Shown here: positions 60,090 to 64,000 of the stretch, in pieces
How positions within the stretch are numbered: the stretch's first letter is position 1
Layout of the letters: each line of letters opens with the position of its first letter
Source: an uncultured bacterium
GTDB lineage: Bacteria; Oederibacteriota; JAAXVQ01; JAUVAV01
Length of the DNA: 64,000 nucleotides
Direction of reading: 5' to 3'
Assembly (NCBI GenBank): GCA_963710755.1
Contig: CAVQBK010000003.1
Coordinates: forward strand, 736,001-800,000
Notes under the pieces: generated by a model
The model's input: the letters and a program-made list of their open reading frames with translations, nothing else
What the model was told of the DNA's origin: nothing
Database searches by the model: none
Program-made: the position numbers and the translations under genes

Positions 60090-60695
60090 ATGAGTTCAGA
60101 CCGTATGGACCATTTAAAAGAAGCTACCCTCTCAGGGCAGCAGGGCTGGGACCATCATGGGGAGCTGAAACTGAAAGAGAGCGTGATCCAGCGTCAGAAC
60201 CAGGTTGTCCAGGCTATGAAGACCAAGAGCCATCAGGCAGGCAAGGAGCTGGCGGGGATTTTAAGCGACATGGTGGAAATTGCCGATATCATCCTGAAAA
60301 ATACCTGCGGTATTGGCAGCGCTTTTAAGCTGGCGGAATGTGACCTGACGCTAATGACTGTTGAAAATATCGAACGGTTCATTTCTTTAGTGCTCATCCA
60401 GCTGGCTTACCAATACGGACAACTTATCCCCCAGGAAAAAGGCCAGATGACAGCGGCCATACAACAACTCTTGGATCAGGACGAGTTGCTCCAGACCTGG
60501 ACCGACCAACTGGCCCAGTGTCAAGATCATGAAGACGGCCAGTTTTCTCCGGTGCGCGCTGGGCGACTGTTGTGGGAAACTGCAGGTGGATTGTTTGCGG
60601 TCAAGGACTGGCAAACCAACACCACGGCCCGCATTTATTATCAAACCGCGCCCAGCCAGGATTTAATTTACAGCATTGAATCCCTAAAAAAATGA
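60090..60695 (+). CDS. Hypothetical protein
   Basis: 201-aa ORF with a gagga RBS, filling the gap between rsmB and mnmG; no motif recognised. Confidence 0.65.
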   Translation: MSSDRMDHLKEATLSGQQGWDHHGELKLKESVIQRQNQVVQAMKTKSHQAGKELAGILSDMVEIADIILKNTCGIGSAFKLAECDLTLMTVENIERFISLVLIQLAYQYGQLIPQEKGQMTAAIQQLLDQDELLQTWTDQLAQCQDHEDGQFSPVRAGRLLWETAGGLFAVKDWQTNTTARIYYQTAPSQDLIYSIESLKK

Positions 60696-60716
60696 AAGGT
60701 TGTGGAATCGTTTTTC

Positions 60717-62588
60717 ATGAAGTCCTCTTCCCAATCATGGTCCGCCGAAGTGGTGGTGGTGGGGGCAGGCCACGCCGGCCTGGAAGCCGCAGCAGCTGCC
60801 GCCACCATGGGCTGTGCCACCCTTTTAATCACCCAGTCAATTGATCATATCGGGGTCCTGAGCTGCAACCCTGCCATAGGCGGAGTCGGCAAGGGCCAGC
60901 TGGTAAAGGAAGTTGATGCTCTGGGCGGGGTCATGGGCTTGCTCGCGGACAAGGCCTGTATTCATTATCGTCAGCTCAACCAATCGCGGGGCGCGGCCGT
61001 ACGTTCCACGCGCATGCAAGTGGATATGCAGGTCTATCAGCAGGAAGCGCAGGCCTATTTAAAAGCGCTGCCCAATTTGACCATTATGGAAGATGAGATT
61101 AAGGACTTGATCCTGGAAGGACAGCAGGTCAGAGCTGTGGTGACCACCAATCACGGGCCGGTTAATGCCAAAACCGCCGTGCTGACTGTGGGCACGTTTT
61201 TCCATGGTCTAATCCATATTGGCCGCACCAAAATCCGGGGTGGCAGGCTGGGAGATGGTCCCTCGGATCAGCTGCCCGAACGCTTGCAGGCCTTGGGCCT
61301 GACCTTTGGGCGCTTTAAAACCGGCACCACCCCCAGGCTCAAGGGCAGCAGCATTGACTTTTCCCGATTAACCGAGCAGCCGGGAGATGAAGGGTATATC
61401 CCTTTTTCCACCCGTTCCCCCCGCCAGCCACAATTGTCCCAGGTGAGCTGCCATATCGGCCATACCAATCCCAGGACCCATCACCTCATCCGCGAACACC
61501 TGACTCAGTCCGCGCTCTACGGCGGTGACATAACCGGCACGGGTGTGCGCTATTGTCCTTCTGTGGAAGACAAGATTGTCAAATTTCCCGAGCGTGACAG
61601 TCATCATGTGTTTGTGGAACCGGAAGGCCTGAATACTGACCGCTTTTATCCCAATGGTCTGTCCAACAGTCTGCCGGAAGCTATTCAATTGGACGTGGTT
61701 CATTCCGTGGCCGGCCTGGAAAAGGCGGAAATTGTGCAACCCGGTTATGGTATTGAACATGACTTTCTTCTACCGACACAATTAAAACGCACTTTGGAAT
61801 GTAAACGCTTTGACGGCCTGTTTTTTGCCGGCCAAATTAACGGGACCACGGGCTATGAAGAAGCCGCTGCCCAAGGATTGCTGGCTGGTATCAATGCGGC
61901 CTTGCAAGTGAAAGCACGTCCTCCCTTTGTGTTGAACCGCAGCCAGGCCTACCTGGGGGTGCTGATTGACGACCTGGTCACAAAGGGCACCAATGAACCA
62001 TACCGCATGTTTACATCCCGGGTGGAGTACCGTTTGGTGATCCGTGAAGACAATGCCGATGAACGACTCACAGCCTGGGGGCATCAATTGGGCCTGGTCA
62101 GCGACGAGGGTTACAGCCAATTTCAAACCAAGATGGCTGCTATTGCTGCGGAACGGAAACGTCTAGAACACAGTAAAGTAACTGATCATCCCCATCTGGA
62201 AGATCTCCTGGGGGATAGGGGTGGGCCGGCCGGCAAAAGCTATTCCTTGCTGACCTTGTTAAAACGATCGGAAATCCATTATGAACACCTGGCCCGCCTG
62301 GATGAAGCCTCGGCTCTGATCCCGGAAGACCTTAAACAGGCTGTGGAGGTCCGGGTAAAGTATGAAGGTTATATCAAGCGCCAACAGGAAGAAATCGAGA
62401 AAGCGCTTCATCTGGACCACTATAAAATCCCCAAAGACTTTCGCTATCAGGGCCTGCCGGGCTTATCTTTGGAAGTGGTGGAGAAATTAAGCGTCCATCA
62501 GCCGGAGACCCTGGGCCAGGCATCGCGCATTTCGGGCATTACGCCGGCTGCCATCTCCTTGATCCTGCTCCACCTCAGGAAGAAATAA
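60717..62588 (+). CDS. mnmG: tRNA uridine 5-carboxymethylaminomethyl modification enzyme
   Basis: VGAGHAG.EA, SCNPAIGG..KG, KTGT.PR, RYCPSVEDK, AGQINGTTGYEEAAAQG and EPYRMFTSR motifs. Confidence 0.98.
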   Translation: MKSSSQSWSAEVVVVGAGHAGLEAAAAAATMGCATLLITQSIDHIGVLSCNPAIGGVGKGQLVKEVDALGGVMGLLADKACIHYRQLNQSRGAAVRSTRMQVDMQVYQQEAQAYLKALPNLTIMEDEIKDLILEGQQVRAVVTTNHGPVNAKTAVLTVGTFFHGLIHIGRTKIRGGRLGDGPSDQLPERLQALGLTFGRFKTGTTPRLKGSSIDFSRLTEQPGDEGYIPFSTRSPRQPQLSQVSCHIGHTNPRTHHLIREHLTQSALYGGDITGTGVRYCPSVEDKIVKFPERDSHHVFVEPEGLNTDRFYPNGLSNSLPEAIQLDVVHSVAGLEKAEIVQPGYGIEHDFLLPTQLKRTLECKRFDGLFFAGQINGTTGYEEAAAQGLLAGINAALQVKARPPFVLNRSQAYLGVLIDDLVTKGTNEPYRMFTSRVEYRLVIREDNADERLTAWGHQLGLVSDEGYSQFQTKMAAIAAERKRLEHSKVTDHPHLEDLLGDRGGPAGKSYSLLTLLKRSEIHYEHLARLDEASALIPEDLKQAVEVRVKYEGYIKRQQEEIEKALHLDHYKIPKDFRYQGLPGLSLEVVEKLSVHQPETLGQASRISGITPAAISLILLHLRKK

Positions 62589-62591
62589 CTC

Positions 62592-63527
62592 GTGCCTGCA
62601 CAGACGCCTTACCGCACCTATGCCGCCTATTTAAAAGAACGCTTCGGCGGGCCTACTCGCAAGCTTAGTCTCCATGCTGGATTTAGTTGCCCCAACCGTG
62701 ACGGCACCCTGTCTTATGACGGGTGCATCTTTTGCGATCCCCAAGCCTTTTCGCCCCATTGCCGACCTGAACCATTGCCTCTCATTCACCAGTTGCGCGA
62801 GGGTGTGGAACAGGGTCATAACCGGGGAATCCATCGGTTCATTGCTTATTTTCAAGCTTTTACCAATACTTACGGGTCGCCGGCACAGTTAAAGGATGCT
62901 TATGACACCATCCGGGCCTTTCCTGAGATCAAAGGCTTGGCCATAGGCACCAGGCCCGATTGCCTGGACAATTCCATTATGGCATTGATCAACAGCTATA
63001 CTGAAGATTACGAGGTGTGGTTGGAATTGGGGTTGCAAAGCATTCATGATCAAACCCTGCTTCTGATCAATCGTGGTCATGACCGCAAGGCTTTTGACCA
63101 GGCGGTGACGATGATCAGAAGTTTTCCGAAAATCAAGCTCAGCGCCCATGTCATATTAGGCTTGCCGCAAGAGACAACCGTCATGGAAGCAGCCACGGCC
63201 CGGCAATGTGCTGTTTGGGGCGTGGATGCTGTCAAGCTCCATCCACTGCACGCTGTCAAAGGCACGGCTTTGGCCGAAGCCTATGCGCAGGGCCGGATCA
63301 GCTTGTTAACTCAGCAGGCCTACCTGGAACGGGTAATGACTTTTTTGGATTATTTGCCGCCCACCACGATCATTGAACGCGTTACTGCCGATTGCCCGCG
63401 ACCCTTGCTGGTGGCGCCGGACTGGATTAATGACAAGCCGTCTTTTCTTTTGGCTTTGCAACAACGCATGCTGGCCGAAGGGCGACGCCAAGGCCGGTGC
63501 TGGTCCCTAAACGCGAAAACGCCCTAG
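62592..63527 (+). CDS. TIGR01212 (YhcC-like) radical SAM protein
   Basis: GFSCPNRDG....GCIFC, AYFQ.FTNTY, IGTRPDC, ELGLQS and H.ILGLP motifs. Confidence 0.93.
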   Translation: MPAQTPYRTYAAYLKERFGGPTRKLSLHAGFSCPNRDGTLSYDGCIFCDPQAFSPHCRPEPLPLIHQLREGVEQGHNRGIHRFIAYFQAFTNTYGSPAQLKDAYDTIRAFPEIKGLAIGTRPDCLDNSIMALINSYTEDYEVWLELGLQSIHDQTLLLINRGHDRKAFDQAVTMIRSFPKIKLSAHVILGLPQETTVMEAATARQCAVWGVDAVKLHPLHAVKGTALAEAYAQGRISLLTQQAYLERVMTFLDYLPPTTIIERVTADCPRPLLVAPDWINDKPSFLLALQQRMLAEGRRQGRCWSLNAKTP

Positions 63528-63667
63528 CAATAGTCTATAATACGAAAATCGAGAATCGATTCCGTCAACAGCGGGATAAGCAATCGACCGCAGTTGAACG
63601 AATGGATTAATTTTCGATGGTCGATTTCCGATTACTCGGGACGCTGAATAACTAATTGCTCAGCCTC

Positions 63668-64000
63668 CTAGGCCGCCAGACAGGTCAACTGATCGATGAG
63701 ATTGCTTTTTAAACCCACGCTATAACCGGTCATGACGATGGTTCTGAAGGGGTCATCCTGATTGGTGACCAGGCTTTGCAGATAAGCCCGGTTTAGTAAT
63801 GTTCGGTTGCTTTGCCAATAGTCAAAGGCATGCTCGATCATGAACCAGGGCAGAGGATTGGCGGCCTTTAACATGTTGAGATTGAGGCTCTGTTCCCTCA
63901 CTCCGCCGGAAGTCATTTTTTTAAAAATTTTAGGATGGATCAAACGATGATAGTGGTCTGCACCAATTAGCGTCAAAGAAGCACGGGCCACGGCATAACC
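63668..64000 (-). CDS. Hypothetical protein (3' part; begins beyond the window)
   Basis: Open minus-strand frame running to the window edge, convergent with the radical SAM gene; no motif recognised. Confidence 0.4.
   Translation of the reverse strand, partial: GYAVARASLTLIGADHYHRLIHPKIFKKMTSGGVREQSLNLNMLKAANPLPWFMIEHAFDYWQSNRTLLNRAYLQSLVTNQDDPFRTIVMTGYSVGLKSNLIDQLTCLAA

Overview
About 64 kb of core bacterial chromosome, nearly all on the + strand. The organism looks like an anaerobic diderm: it encodes Kdo/ADP-heptose/MsbA LPS genes, sigma54, HprK, rubrerythrin and a CCG-domain Fe-S protein. Pro/Thr-linker envelope proteins hint at an uncultivated lineage, but that is inference. Left to right: (1) nadX (5'-partial); (2) a decayed patch with a pseudogenised duplicate of the 3.8-4.2 kb genes, an ISL3 transposase remnant and a divergent methyltransferase/TetR cassette; (3) a closely packed, mostly overlapping operon: exported protein, formylglutamate-hydrolase-like protein, frameshifted nfo, 570-aa transglutaminase-like protein, GT2-DUF2062, C45/TPR protein lacking its Cys nucleophile; (4) mnmA, uvrA, DUF116, ferredoxin; (5) rpoN-hpf-ptsN-hprK-rapZ-yvcK plus a complete mannose-family PTS, ptsH-ptsI, galU and a WecG/TagA-type transferase; (6) an orphan sigma54 activator with an atypical receiver directly before a sigma54 promoter driving a stand-alone dnaK, then degP and metK; (7) an outer-membrane trio with a TraF/PorV-like barrel-FlgD-Ig-OmpA fusion; (8) the LPS core/Kdo operon, pyrG-kdsA, rnhA, a structured intergenic RNA before a PilZ gene, htpX, rsmB, mnmG and a TIGR01212 radical SAM. 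I saw no tRNA, rRNA or CRISPR array. Best candidates for undescribed biology: the sigma54/atypical-activator control of dnaK, the nfo-coupled transglutaminase-like operon, the lipoprotein plus barrel-OmpA envelope module, and two candidate cis-regulatory RNAs (metK leader, PilZ leader). All family calls come from motif recognition by eye; no database search was run.
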